Of a DNA stretch of 64,000 nucleotides, positions 35,701-48,399 are shown one piece after another. Position 1 is the stretch's first letter; each line of letters opens with the position of its first letter. The DNA is from Gracilinanus agilis (taxonomy: Eukaryota). A program made the translations under genes and the position numbers. The notes under the pieces are model-generated. The model was not told the DNA's origin. It saw only the letters and a program-made list of their open reading frames with translations, and did not search any database. The DNA lies in assembly GCF_016433145.1 (NCBI RefSeq), contig NC_058130.1, forward strand, positions 689,082,349-689,146,348, in the 5' to 3' direction.

Positions 35701-38170
35701 TCCTTTTTCATCTTTGATACTGCTACTTTGGTTTTCTTCTTTCCTTTTAATAAATTAGATTGACCAGTACTTTGTCAATTTTGTTTGTTTTTTTTGAAAG
35801 TACAAGCTTCTAGTCTTATTTATTAATTCAATAGTTCTTTTACTTTCAATTTTATTGATTTATCCTTTAATTTTTATAATCTCTAATTTGGTCTTTGGGG
35901 ATTTTTAATTTGTTCCCTTTCTAGTTTTTTAATTAGCATGCCCAGGTCATTGATTTTTGCCTTCTCTAATGTTTTAATACATGCAAAGATATAAATTTCG
36001 CCCCAAGTACTGCCTTAGCTGCATCCCACAGAGTTTGGTAGAATGTCTAATCATTGTCATTCTTTTCAATGAAATTATTGATTGTTTCTATAATGTCTTC
36101 TTTAACTAACTGATTTTGGAATATTGTATTATTTAATTTCCAATTAGTTTTTGACTTGACTGTCCATGTGCCCTTACTAATTATTAATTGTATTGCATTA
36201 TGACCTGAGGAGATTATATTTATTATTTCTGCTCTTTTGCAATTGTTTGCAATGTTTCTATGCCATATTATATGGTCAATCTTTGTGAATGTGCCATGTG
36301 CAGCTGAAAAGAAGGTCTATTCCTTTTTTGTCCCTATTTATTTTTCTCCACACATATCTATTAAATCTACTTTTTCTAAGATTTCATTCACCTCTCTTAT
36401 CTCTTTCTTATTTATTTTTTGGTTTGATTTATCTAGATCTGAAAGAAGGATATTTTGATCTCCCTCTAGTATGGTTTTACTATCTATTTCCTTCTTGAGC
36501 TCTACCAGTTTCTCCTTTAGGAATTTGGATGCTATACCATTTGGTGCATACATATTGAGTACTGTTATTTCCTCATTGTCTATACTGCCTTTTATCAGGA
36601 TGTAATTACCTTTCCTGTCTCTTTTCATCATAACTATTTTTACTTTGGCTTTGTCAGAAATCATGATCACCACTCCTGCCTTCTTTTTATCATTTGAAGC
36701 CTAAAACATTTGCTCCAGCCCTTGACCTTAAACCTGTGTATGTCCACTCTGCTATTTGCTTTGGTTTTTATGGGTGAGTTCCAATTATCAGTTGTGTATT
36801 CCCAAAGGTTTTGGCATCCTATCCTAGTTCTACCCCTTCTTCAGTTTTGCTGAATAATTTCTTTTAGTATGGAGTTCAAATTTCTATAAATTTCTGCTTT
36901 TTCAGGAAGACCAATGATTCTCATATTGTCTCTTCTGGACCTGTGTTTTTGATCTGCCAATTTCTCAGTGAGATATTTCATGTTTCCTTCTATTTTATCA
37001 GTATTTTGACTTTGCTTATATGTTCTTGCTATCTTGAGAGATCATTGGCTTCTACTTGCCAAATACAGGCCTTTAGAAACTGATTTTATGTCATAATCTA
37101 ATGATTTTCCCTTTCAGTTTGGTCTATCCTCTTTTCTATCTGTTCAACTTTGGTTTCCAATTGGGAGTTTCTGTCTTTTAACCTGTTAATTTCCTTTTGA
37201 GCTATTTCCCTCTTCTCTTGCCAAATCTCTTCCATCTTTCTCATGATCTCAGATTTGAACTCTGCAATAGCTTGTGACCAATTTTCATTTTTTTGGGAAG
37301 ATTTGGATGTGATTATTTGTTTGTTCTCCTCTGCTGTTTTCTCTCTTGTATGGATTTTTTTCTGTGTAAAAGTTGTCCAATGTTAAAGGTTTTTTCTTGA
37401 TCTCTCTCTTTTGGGGTTCTTGAGACTGGCTTGCCATTATTATTATTTATTTCTCAGTCAGAAGTCTGGGTGAGGCAAACAGACTCTCTGCTTATGGGGC
37501 TGTGGGGCAGTTTTTGCCTGAGTCACAGCACAGTGTGCCCTCTCTGCTTTATCCTCATGCCTGGAGTCTGTCTGGGCTCTTCATGTTCCTGAGGTTTCAG
37601 GTCTAGTTCTCAGTGTCATGTCTCCTGGTGGTCCCCTTGCTTGTTCCTCTGCCCGAAGCTCCTTTAACAGTCTCAGGGAACTGCTTACACAGTCATGCAC
37701 CCCTCTGTACTGGGTCCCCACCCAATATCCATGCCTGTGTCAGCACCTGTATCCTCACCTGTGTCTGAGCCTGCATCTCTGTCCACTCCTGAGCTCAAGG
37801 TCTGTGTTCAAAGGCTGGTTCTTTAGCCTCTTGTGGTCTTAAGTCTTGCTGCTCTTGGAAGCAGGCCCTGGTGAGCTGCCAAGAACTTAATGAATGCCCC
37901 AAACTTGCTCTAACTCTTGTGCTCTGGCTTTGGCCTTGTAGGTGGTGTGGGGGAAAGGAGTTGCTCAGCTCGCATTTTAGTGAGAGCTATTTCACCCCCT
38001 TATGGGTTGGAAATGCCCTGTTCCCACGTACCTTCAATGTTGTGCCCTGTTGTGGGATCCCTTCATTCATCTGGATTTGTTTTTATGTCGTCTTGAGGAA
38101 TCCTATATGTGTGTGTTAGGAGAGGTTAAGCAGCTGCTTTTAACTCTGCCACCATCTTAACCCAGAAGTA
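32729..38170 (-). mobile_element. L1 LINE with both termini (5.4 kb), internally deleted and inactivated
   Basis: 5' end gggttaagatggtggc (reverse, near 38150-38165). ORF1 ATG at 37437 (MASQSQEPQKRE...). ORF2 EN (ISDKAKVK...GNYILIKGSIDNEEITVLNMYAPN), RT (IHHDQV...GMQG...[13 protein letters not shown]...LSLFADDM) and C-terminal (CGKIGILMHCWW) fragments. 12-bp TSD ttagcataatgc (32717-32728, 38171-38182) inside an L2 tail. Confidence 0.95.
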
Positions 38171-38229
38171 TTAGCATAATGCTTTTGCACAATTGCAGAG
38201 ATTAAAACTCTTATCGACTGGTCACTGAG

Positions 38230-38630
38230 CCTGAATGCCAAAGGCACACTTACCCAAAATAATATTTTACAGAGAAGAGTTCAATATGGCTGTTCCTGGT
38301 AATCAGAAGAAGTGGTATAAGCACATTCACGTTACCTCTGAAGAACTTTTGTATTGCCTATGAAAAATGGGAGATGATGGCACAGGACTAGCCATCATGG
38401 TGTGCCCATATCAAAGAAGGTACTATATCCCATGAAAAATGTAGAATTGTAGAAGCACAAAGGAAATGTGATCTGTGCAAATCCAGAGCCATCTCCATCT
38501 TAAATATTCTAATGGACCACTTGTACCTCATCTGTGGCAGTGCTTACAAAACTTGTATTGGGATTGATCAGCCAAAGCAGAACATACATTATTATATCTT
38601 TGGTCTTCTTCAGAAACTAAAGATGAGAAG
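38230..38630 (+). mobile_element. RTE LINE 3' fragment
   Basis: Degenerate RTE C-terminus: cacttacccaaaataatattttac (LPKIIFY-like), tgggagatgatggcacaggac (WE.MAQD), terminal C2H2-like tacctcatctgtggcag...attgggattgatcagcc. Confidence 0.7.
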
Positions 38631-41600
38631 TTCAATGCCTAATGTATAGTAAGTACTCAATAAATGCTTGTTGACTTGACTTTGTAAATCAGGAAACTAT
38701 GGCCTAGAGTAGTTTTTCTTAGGCAAGGGTTATATTTTATCTGAATTTCATATTTCTTTGTGTGCATTCTCCAGGACTCTTTACACAACAGTAAAGAGCT
38801 TTTTGCTCTTGCTGCTGTTCTTATGTGGCTTTCCCATGGTTACCCTCTTTATCTAGGAAGAGGATTTAGATCCCAAGCCTTCTGACTCTTAGCACTCTTC
38901 ACATTTTTGCCTTAACTGTGATCATAATTCAATGATGTCTTCAAAACCTGTCAACTCTCTGATATTTATCTGAAATATGCATTGTTTCGAATTAATCCCC
39001 ATCTTTATGAGTTTAAATCACTTACATATTCATTTCCTATTTTTGGATTTCCACCCTTGCTTCACAAAAATGTAAGTACTTTCTGGGCCTCTTTGAAGGT
39101 CTGATTCTAATGATTTCTTTCTCCATTCCTTCTTATGGCCTAAAAATTATTTGAGGGTTCTTCCAGGCATTTCCTTAGTTTTTATTGATGCTTCTTTGCT
39201 AAAAATACAAATAAACAAACAAAAAGTCTTCAAACTAAACAGATATTGCTTTTTTAAAGGTGTTTATTAAAAGAAGGGCCTACCACATTTCCTTCAAGTG
39301 ACAAGGCGTACTTCTAAGTGTGCAAATCTATGCTGTCTTGGCAGATATTCTCCATGGTGGTTCCGTGGGCTATCCCCTTCTTATTTTACCACATTTCTTG
39401 AAGTATCCTCAGAAAAAGTATTGATAGAGGCAGTGTGCTACAAAAGAGGGCACTGAAGTTAAAATTGGGGGATCTCAGCTTTGATGTAAACTCTGACACT
39501 GGCAAATCATTTAAACTCTATGAACTTTTAAGCTTCCTCAGTTGTTTCTATAAACAAATGTGGATGTGAATCCAGTAAAGATTTAATTAGCCCACATGTG
39601 TCATGGATATCTGATCTGAGATTTGACCTATCATTTAACCAAGGGAAATTCTAAATTCCAAATTTAAAGAGACTAGAAGGGACATATTGGTAACTGAGCA
39701 GGCGAGGACCAAGTTGAACTTATTGTAACTGATTCTTTTTTTCACTCTGCTATGTCCAAGTTATCATTCTAGAATTATATATATAATTATATATATATAT
39801 GTACATATATATAATCAAACAGCTCTAGATTGGGTATAAAAAGGTTGAGAAGGTTGAGAATAAATGCCACATTTCTTTATTGCTCACAAGGAGAATAGTC
39901 TTTCTAGTTTAACTCCCATAAGATGCTGGTTACACAAAAGACCATTATGAATAGCTAGTAAGCCTCTTTATGAAAGTAAGCAGTAAACATAAATTTGGAA
40001 AATGATACAGATTAGAATAGACAAAAGAATACACAAGAGTAAATATGCTCTTTAGCTGGAAGTGAGATAAGGCCTCAGCTCAAGTTAGGAGTGAAAATAA
40101 TTGAGGGTGAGGGAAGTTCAAAGGGGAATATTATTCCTTAGCTGTCTCTTGGTAGCAGCTGCTGAGAATCAAAGCATATGCTGGAAGCTGGTTTTCTCAC
40201 ATGTTAATGACTCCCACTAGATCTGGAATCCACCAATCAACAATTAGAGATTGTTTCTATCTCCATCTCTCTCTACCAAATTCCACTGGGCTCACCAATC
40301 AGAAATAACATCTCCCTCCATGTAGGCAGCATGCTATACTGGCTACTAACCAGGAAAACTACTCCAGGTCAAGGCACAAATGCACTGGATAAAATATATT
40401 TTTTTCCAAACAGAGAAGCTTTGAGAGTAAGATTATAAACCTGAAACAATGAAAATTTGAGTCATTTTCACTATTTAGTTGTCCCTGCTTACATATGTAT
40501 ACTCCATGGGTGACAACTCTATTCAACAAGATAAATGATCACTAAGCTTAATCCTTGGAAAATCTATAAGGCCACGAATCCTGTGCTGGAATAATTCCTG
40601 CTAATTTGACCCAGAAGAACTGGCTTCAAAATTTTGCACTACTATTTTCTAGGCAAACAAGCTTAGGAAAATGATTTAACTTCTCATAGTCCCAAATTGT
40701 TCATCTCTACAAAGAGAACAACTAGTTTACATATCTATTGAATAAGGTTCTTGTGAATAAAATACTGTGGAAATCAGAAAGTGGTAGAGAAATGCCTACT
40801 ACCATCGTATGAGTAGTGATTTCATTATAACTCCATAATTAAACTTTGAAAGTAAGGAAAAAGAATTGGAAGGGCTTTACCCTGCAGAAAGGCAGCTCAT
40901 GGGATGATGGTCAGGAACTTAAATGAAGTATGGCTGGAGTTTAAACATGTCTAATAGACCATGAGAGGCATTCAGCAATGGAAAAATAGGACCTTAGTGC
41001 AAAAGTTCCAGAAATTTAAATTTTAGGTTCCCTAGGGCATGATTTGTTTGGAAAGGTAGCTGAAAGATTCTAGGATGAAATTAAGACTTGTAATTTTACT
41101 TGCATACGAAACACCCAAGGAGGACACTCTTTTTACCTATTCTGCTTGGTATCTTAGAGAATTACCTAGTCCTAGCCACTTAGGGAAGTGACTTGCACTG
41201 AGACAAATAGTATTTGGAGAAGATAGGTCTTTACTCCAGTCCTTTATGGCTCTAAGGAAGGGTCTCAGCCCACTAGGTGACATTGCCTATTCATTTGGTC
41301 TTGCAATTAGGATAGTGCTAATTCCAGATCTTATCTCTGATGTTCACTAATGCTGTGAGGAAGGGCAAGTCACTTCTCTGAATCCAAGGTTTCTTCACTT
41401 GTAAAATGCAGATGATAATTGTTGATTTTATCTAACTAAATTGTGGCAAGATCAAAGAGATAATGGTACATAACCTATTTTATAAACCTTGAACTTTATA
41501 TATTTTAGATGCTATTAATGATTATAAGTGCTTTAATAAAAAATCAGATGAAAGAAAGGTAAATGTGGACTAGAGTAATTAAGTAGATAGTTATAAAATA

Positions 41601-41695
41601 ATATAGGATTTTAGAGTTTCAAGGTTCTTTGAATCTATTACTTTGGTTAAATCTAATAATTACTCAGTGAAACAGTTGGATCATCTATTGTTATT

Positions 41696-41879
41696 CCCAT
41701 TTTATAGATTAAAAACTGAGGACCAAAAGGCTTAAAAGATTTGTTCAACAATGCACAGCTGTCTATTTCCAAAGAAAAAGTAGAGATCCCATTTTATAGA
41801 TTAAAAGCTAAGGACCAAAAGGCTTAAAGGATTTGTCCAACATTGAACAGCTGTCTATTTCCAAAGAAAAAGTAGAGAT
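41696..41879. repeat. 92-bp tandem duplication of a MIR-derived segment
   Basis: Units 41696-41787 and 41788-41879, about 6 substitutions between them. Confidence 0.9.
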
Positions 41880-41930
41880 ATAATATTTTAAGAGGACTCT
41901 TAAAATATTATATCTCTACTTTTATATATA

Positions 41931-42747
41931 TATATATACACATATATATATATATAACAAATCTTTCCTACTTAGAATAAAATATACTTTCTTTTCTGCC
42001 TTAAGGTATTTTTTTAACCAACTGTATATTCTCCAGGTAAATCATAAGCTCTTTAAGATAAGGGACTTAGTTTTTGTGTCTCCATCACCTTGTATGGGAT
42101 TTTGCACATAGTTGGCACCTTGAAAATGCTTGTTTGATTGTTGAGTTGGAATGAATCACAGGCTCTCTTGACAGGCACAGAGCTTGAAAATCAGTTGCTG
42201 GAGACAAAAGAAACAATGACCACTTGATATCCAAGATTCCAGCCTGTAAAAACACAACGGACCATTTTATTAGAAGTTAAAGACAAGTGTGATAGGCAAG
42301 AGAATTATTTCTCCCCTCCACTGCCCAAGCAATATAGCANTATATATACATATATATATATATAACAAATCTTTCCTACTTAGAATAAAATATACTTTCT
42401 TTTCTGCCTTAAGGTATTTTTTTAACCAACTGTATATTCTCCAGGTAAATCATAAGCTCTTTAAGATAAGGGACTTAGTTTTTGTGTCTCCATCACCTTG
42501 TATGGGATTTTGCACATAGTTGGCACCTTGAAAATGCTTGTTTGATTGTTGAGTTGGAATGAATCACAGGCTCTCTTGACAGGCACAGAGCTTGAAAATC
42601 AGTTGCTGGAGACAAAAGAAACAATGACCACTTGATATCCAAGATTCCAGCCTGTAAAAACACAACGGACCATTTTATTAGAAGTTAAAGACAAGTGTGA
42701 TAGGCAAGAGAATTATTTCTCCCCTCCACTGCCCAAGCAATATAGCA
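41931..42747. repeat. About 408-bp apparent tandem duplication across a single N (probable assembly artefact)
   Basis: 41931-42339 and 42341-42747 appear identical apart from the TA microsatellite and are separated exactly by the N at 42340. Confidence 0.88.
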
Positions 42748-43619
42748 GCATTTATTAAAGAGCTGTGGCAGAAAGAAATATTCTAGACTGACTGTGTCCT
42801 ACATTTCGATGTCAGGGAGAAGGCAAATGAGGCTTAGGGTGTGATTCATTCTCAGGTCCAGCTGCTCTCGCCCACTCCTTCTAATGCCCTATGCCTTTTT
42901 TCCTTCCTTATAAAGACTGTAAAAGCAGGATGGATTATTTCTTAGACCATCATGTCTGTGGTTTGGGACTATGCCAATTCTTCTTAGCACCACACAGAAG
43001 AAAGGATGTCATGCCTCACACATGGCTTAGATATTATATGGGCTGATCAAAGTAGAGATGTGGATTGGAGATGGGGGAGTGTAGGTAGTTTTTTTGAGTC
43101 CTAACCTTATTTTGCTCGCTTATCATTAAGTGGTCTGTCAAATGCCACGATCATTAAAACATACACAGATACAAACACACACACATCAATGAATTTTTAA
43201 ATAGCTCCTTAAGGTTTATAAAGTGTTTTCCCTCCAATGATCTTTAGGGTGTGTAGTACACACATTGTATTTCCATTGTACTATCTTTCCTGGCTTCCAT
43301 CCATCCTGATTAAAATTACATCTTTCACAGTTATTCTTAATTCTAGTCTTCTTTTTTTAAGTATTTCCTATTATCCTGGTCTATAGTTTGCTTCTATTTG
43401 TTTTCTTGTTGTGTCCCCTGTTAGCCTGAGCTTCTTGAGGGATGGCTTGTCTTTTGTCTCTTTTTATATCCCCAGTTCAGTACTTAGCGCAATATGTGGC
43501 ACATAGTAGGTACTTAGTCAGTGTTTATTGACTGATTGACTGATACACATTTATCCTATCTGAAAATGTATGTCTCATTCTGTATTTCTAGTCCTTCTAC
43601 TCTCTGATATGAAATGTGA

Positions 43620-43880
43620 AGTCTGATGAGCTTACAGCCTCAGGGAGGCATGGTGGACAGAGTGCTGAGCTTGAAGCCAGAAAGACCTGAATTGTTTGAA
43701 ATCTGCCTTAGGCAGGTGTGCTTCCCTAGGCAAGTCATTTGACTCAGTTTCCTCAGGTGTAAAACAGGAATGATAGTATCTACTTCAAAGGTTGTTGTGA
43801 GGATCAAGTGAGATAACTAACATAGATTGCTTTGTATGCCTTGAAGCACTACATAATACTAGCTGTTATTGTTATTGTTA
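43620..43880 (+). mobile_element. MIR SINE
   Basis: gggaggcatggtggacagagtgctgagc...ggcaagtcatttgactcagtttcctcaggtgtaaaacagg...gttgttgtgaggatcaagtgagataa. Confidence 0.8.
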
Positions 43881-44015
43881 CAGTTATCATAATACAAAAA
43901 AAAAGTCTTCGGACTACAATTACAAATAGCTTTTGACCACATGAGGTCACCTTCACAAGGAAGTCATAAATCAGTATATGTCAGGGAAATTTGTTCTCTT
44001 TGTATATGTGTGCAT

Positions 44016-44019
<4 letters not shown>

Positions 44020-44075
<56 letters not shown>
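44020..44075. repeat. (GA)n microsatellite
   Basis: Direct reading. Confidence 0.95.
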
Positions 44076-44079
<4 letters not shown>

Positions 44080-45660
44080 GACAGACAGACAGATGGAGAA
44101 ATGTATGGTTGAAGTATTTACTAAGCATTTTCTTTCTATACAATGCCTGCCACTGGCATCTCAGGAAACAAATATGAGTAGGGACAAGGCAGCACTTGTC
44201 CTCAAGGGACTCACATTCCAATAATGAAGACAACACATGAAAGGGAAATGGAAAATAATAGGATATGCTTTGGAATGGTGGCCCAGAAGTGACTTTTAAG
44301 TTTGATTTCAAGTTAGATTAGACAAAAGCTCACCTATTAAAACCCATAATGGTTCTAAGGGCAGAGTAGATTTCAATGTGAAGAAATGAGAATAATGGCA
44401 GGAATGTAATAAAATACAATATTCTTTTTATTTTCTTCACATTGCTTAAAAAGCACCCATGTCTACCCCACCAAAGACATGATGGACACATTTGGTCTTA
44501 TTTTATCCCTGGTTGCTATACTAATGTGAGATATAGGAAGATTCTCAGAATCAACTACAGAACCCAAATGTAAAGATTAAAATTATGATAATTTTCATCA
44601 ATTACTGCCACCACTTATTTAATTAAACAAGTCATGACTTCTCTTCATCATCTATTTCCACAAGAGCCTACAACAGCCTATTAGGATTCTTTGCATACTT
44701 AGAAATGTGAATTTGATATATTGAAATATTTATCTGTATTTGTGTCTCTACCTGTTTAAATATATCAATTGATCTCTCTGTCAACTATCTATCTATCTAT
44801 CTATCTACCTATCCATCTATCTTTTATTTCCAAGAATAGTGTCTATATGTCCAAGAATAATGGCAGGAGATGATTATATTGCATGATGAAACAAAAAATA
44901 AATGTGCCACTATGCTCTGGGTAGAAAGGAATAATCTTGCTCTAAATGCATATGTGAGTACGCCAATGTAAGAATTACTTGGGAGGTCATGTGATAGGAA
45001 AAGGCTGATTTTCCTGTTTTATATAGAATTTCCCTTTATTTATAAAGCAAATTCATAGATACAATTAAGGAACCTCATGCTGCTTAACAGCCTTAACCAT
45101 TCAGTGGGAAACAGTGGTAATTGCAGTTTTTGACTTGGCTCTCTATTTCTATATTTACATCCATCACTAGATTCATGAACTCAACAGTGTTCCCACTGGT
45201 ATGGAGACTAATGCCTCAATACTCATGTGTGCAATTCTTATCCATGGAATTTCATAAATATTCTACTAAGGAACTAGCAAATATTTCTGGAATATTGTCT
45301 TGAATTCTCTTGTATCAAAAAGGAGGGGGTCTGCCCCATTACACATGGACCCCTCTGAACACTGTCCCAGATTCAAGGAATGATGCATGGTAGGGCAGTA
45401 GCCCCTCAGAATGACAATTCACATCCACTCCACTCTTATACTTCTTTTGCCAGATTACCAGGGGACAAATGAGTTCAAAGAAATAAGACTTAATTGAAAA
45501 TTATAACACAGTCATTGATGAAAAGACACCTATGAGCTCCCTGACAACATTCTTACACAAGTTCTCAGACCACCAGTGTTGGAGCAGATTAATGTATGTG
45601 TGGCCGGGTTGTTGACAAGGTATATCACAGATATATGCCAGGAAAATGAAACTACCTTCA

Positions 45661-45765
45661 GTTGTTGTTCAGTTATTTTTTTTTTTGATTATGTCTGACT
45701 CTTTGTGACACCATTTTGGGATTTTCTTGGTAAAGATATTAGAGGGTTTTGCCATTTCCTTCTCT
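45661..45765 (-). mobile_element. Mar1-type SINE tail fragment
   Basis: gttgttgttcagtt...atgtctgactctttgtgacaccattttgggattttcttggtaaagata...gccatttccttctc. Confidence 0.7.
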
Positions 45766-45779
45766 ACCATTACCTTAAT

Positions 45780-46420
45780 CATCACCTTCATTCAGGAACA
45801 GCTGTATCATTCCCCTAGACTTTTAGTCTGGCCCCCAAAGCCATCATCAAGAAGAGTCATTGCTACAATCCTCAGTGCCTTCAATCAATAGGCGTGGACA
45901 TCCAAGGACCACAGAAAGAGTAGCATCTTCAATCCAGCAGCATTGCTTTCAGCCTAATCTCCCCACCCAATGTCCAGAGCAGCAGCCTTTGTGAAGAAAG
46001 GGTCAACCATTCCTATAAATTGGCAACCAGCTGTCACCCTCAACTTGGTAAAGCCACACTAGCTGAAATAGCAAGGCATGATGAGGGATAGAAGGCAGTA
46101 TGTGCCAGTCAGGCAAACAACTTTCTCCCCCCATCCCAAATCCAGATAGACATAACCAAGGACCCTGAACTCGAGAGTCCTTCGATTCAAATCATACCCA
46201 AGAGCCCCAGCTCTGCTTCTAGCCTAGCTGGTGTCATTATCCAAGGAATTAAACCTCATGGAAAGGCAACCTAGCAACTGCTTCTGAACGTACTCGCTTC
46301 CTTATCAAAGATTCCAACTGAGGAGCAAGAAAAGACATTAATGGGAACCAACATCTTTGGTCTTGTCAGTGGTTCAGAAATGGATATTTATCAGTAGCAA
46401 TAAAATGAAAGAACATAAAT
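45780..46420 (+). mobile_element. Probable RTE LINE 5'UTR fragment
   Basis: ggcgtggacatccaaggaccacagaaag, aaattggcaaccagctgtcaccctcaac and gtggttcagaaatgg resemble the recalled marsupial RTE 5' region. Confidence 0.45.
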
Positions 46421-46509
46421 TACCATCTGCTTAGTTGTGTTCTAAACATCAGAGAGCCTCTCCAAATAACTTGAGAGCAAAACCTATACATGTTTTTTCC
46501 CTCCCTTTT

Positions 46510-46600
46510 TTTTTAAAATAATTTTTATTTTTTAGAAAAGTTATCATGGTTACATGATTCATGTTTTTACTTTCCCCTTCACCCCCTGACCTCCTCCCCC
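46510..46600 (-). mobile_element. L1 extreme 3' end (about 90 bp)
   Basis: ttttatttttagaaaag...catggttacatgattcatgtttttactttcccc, same 3' end as the L1s at 32729 and 57503. Confidence 0.8.
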
Positions 46601-46739
46601 CTTCTCCCCCTTTTGAATGTGAACTCCTTTAAATAAAATACTATTTTACTTTCACAATGATATTTAAATCACCACTACCACTATATTTTGTAGGTAGTAA
46701 GTGCTTAATATTTGCTGTCCATTCAATAATCTAAATAAA

Positions 46740-47010
46740 TAAATAATAAAAACAACTTTTGAATGCTTAAGACATGCCAGGAATTGTACTCAAATTTTTA
46801 TTATCTCATGTGATCCTAACCACAACCCTTCAAGATAGGCAGGTGCTATTATTATGCTCATTTTATTTTATTTATCCTCATTTATAAGTGAAGAAACTGA
46901 GGCAAAGAGAGGTTAAATGACTTGCCCAGGGTCAAATAGCTAGTATTTGTGGCTGTATTTTGCCTGAGGTCTTTCTGCCCCCAGGCTTGGTACCCTAAGC
47001 ACTATTCCAC
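46740..47010 (-). mobile_element. MIR SINE
   Basis: ttatctcatgtgatcctaaccacaaccct...gaaactgaggcaaagagaggttaaatgacttgcccagggtc. Confidence 0.8.
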
Positions 47011-48089
47011 AGAAATATTAATGATGTATATAGCACAGGTATCTCTAAGGAACAGGCATGAAAAGATATACATGTAGAGAATGCTTGTGGTCAGAGCATC
47101 TCATATTTCCCTGCATGACTAGAGCAATTCATATCTCTATCTTTAAAGAGTCTTAACCTCCATTGTTCTCTGATGATGTCAATTGAATGGGTTGCCTTTT
47201 TCACTGAGCTGGAGATGTTTGCTACAGAGAATACCCATTTTTGCGGTAATTGTTGCTTTTGCTATTCTCTACAACTTCTGTTCTTAGGATGCCAAGATAT
47301 CAGTTATTTAGCTTATTATCTCCAGGGGAGAGCTTTTGTTCTGTTGTGCATTAAACCCCAAACAGATGAATTCTTAAGCATTTCAAAGCCCCATTAAAAA
47401 AATTCTCCTCTTCTTCTGACACTAGTCTTTCATTTTAAACTGTTTATTTGAGTTATGATCTGAGAGACCTTTTAATTCCTCTCATAGACTCACTAATCTT
47501 AATCTACTTCAAAACATTCCAGGGATTTCTCTTGCAAAACTGCCAGGCACTGGCTACAGCTGCCATTATGGAATTTCTTTCACTTCCATCTTGGTGAGAT
47601 AGTCTTAGGAAAAAGACTGAAAAAAACCTAAGTAGGCAGATAACCTTTATCATCTTTCTCAAATCTGTTTCTTATTCCTTCCTTTCTAACTCATCCCATT
47701 ACTGCTTCTGCTTCTGCTAAGAACTATAAAGGCTTTTGGCATGCCTTACTCAACTTCCCATCTGACCCTCTCCCAACTATACTCACTGCTGCCTGAATCA
47801 GTCACTATTCTCTAGAAGACTTAAACTTTATGATCTGAGATTCCATTAATAAATGCACATTATAAATTCTATTTTGTCACTGATCCATTCTTACTACCAA
47901 ATAGCAATATTGTGTTGATTTAGGGTTTAAGGGCTGCTTCCTTGGATAGCCTGGGACACTGATGCCACCTTGATGCAGGTCCTCATCACTTCACACCTGG
48001 ACTATTGAAATAAGTATCTTTTTAAAAAATTATATCAATTTTAAAATTATATTAATTTTTTAATTATATCAATTTAAAAATTTATATCA

Positions 48090-48390
48090 ATTACTGATTG
48101 CAAGATTTTTCCCCCATATTGGTCAATGTTGTAAGAGCAAACTCATACATAACCAAAATCCCAAAATAAAAAACCATGAATAGGCTAATGTGAAAGATGA
48201 CTCCCACAGTTCTTTCTCTGGAGGTGGGTAGCATTCCCCATCATATGTCTTTCAGGATTGTTCCAGATCATTGCATTACTGAGAGTAGTCAAGCCCTTTT
48301 TTTAGCCTTTCCTTCTCTCTTAGATTGATCCTAAGTATTGGTTTCCAAGGAAGAAGAGTGGTAAGGGCTAAGCAATGGGAGTTAAGTAAT
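48090..48390 (-). mobile_element. Old L1 3'UTR fragment followed by a partial SINE
   Basis: cccacagttctttctctggaggtgggtagcatt...gattgttccagatcattgcattactgag, then SINE tail aagtattggtttccaagg...gtggtaagggctaagcaatgg. Confidence 0.7.
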
Positions 48391-48399
48391 GCAATAGCC

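Noticed and set aside
33867-36673. Minus-strand ORFs of 111-157 aa with RT and endonuclease motifs
   Set aside because: Fragments of one frameshifted L1 ORF2, not a host gene or active element.
43941-44311. ORFs with RE, LS or CV dipeptide runs (also 5469-5657, 49977-50330)
   Set aside because: Produced by (GA)n and (GT)n microsatellites lacking stop codons.
45102-45198. Inverted repeat cagtgggaa...ttcccactg
   Set aside because: Only 9 bp pair cleanly and there is no TSD; too weak for a MITE or structured RNA.
48020-48090. Repeated aattatatcaatt units
   Set aside because: Short AT-rich degenerate minisatellite at an L1 tail; no spacer structure, so not CRISPR-like.
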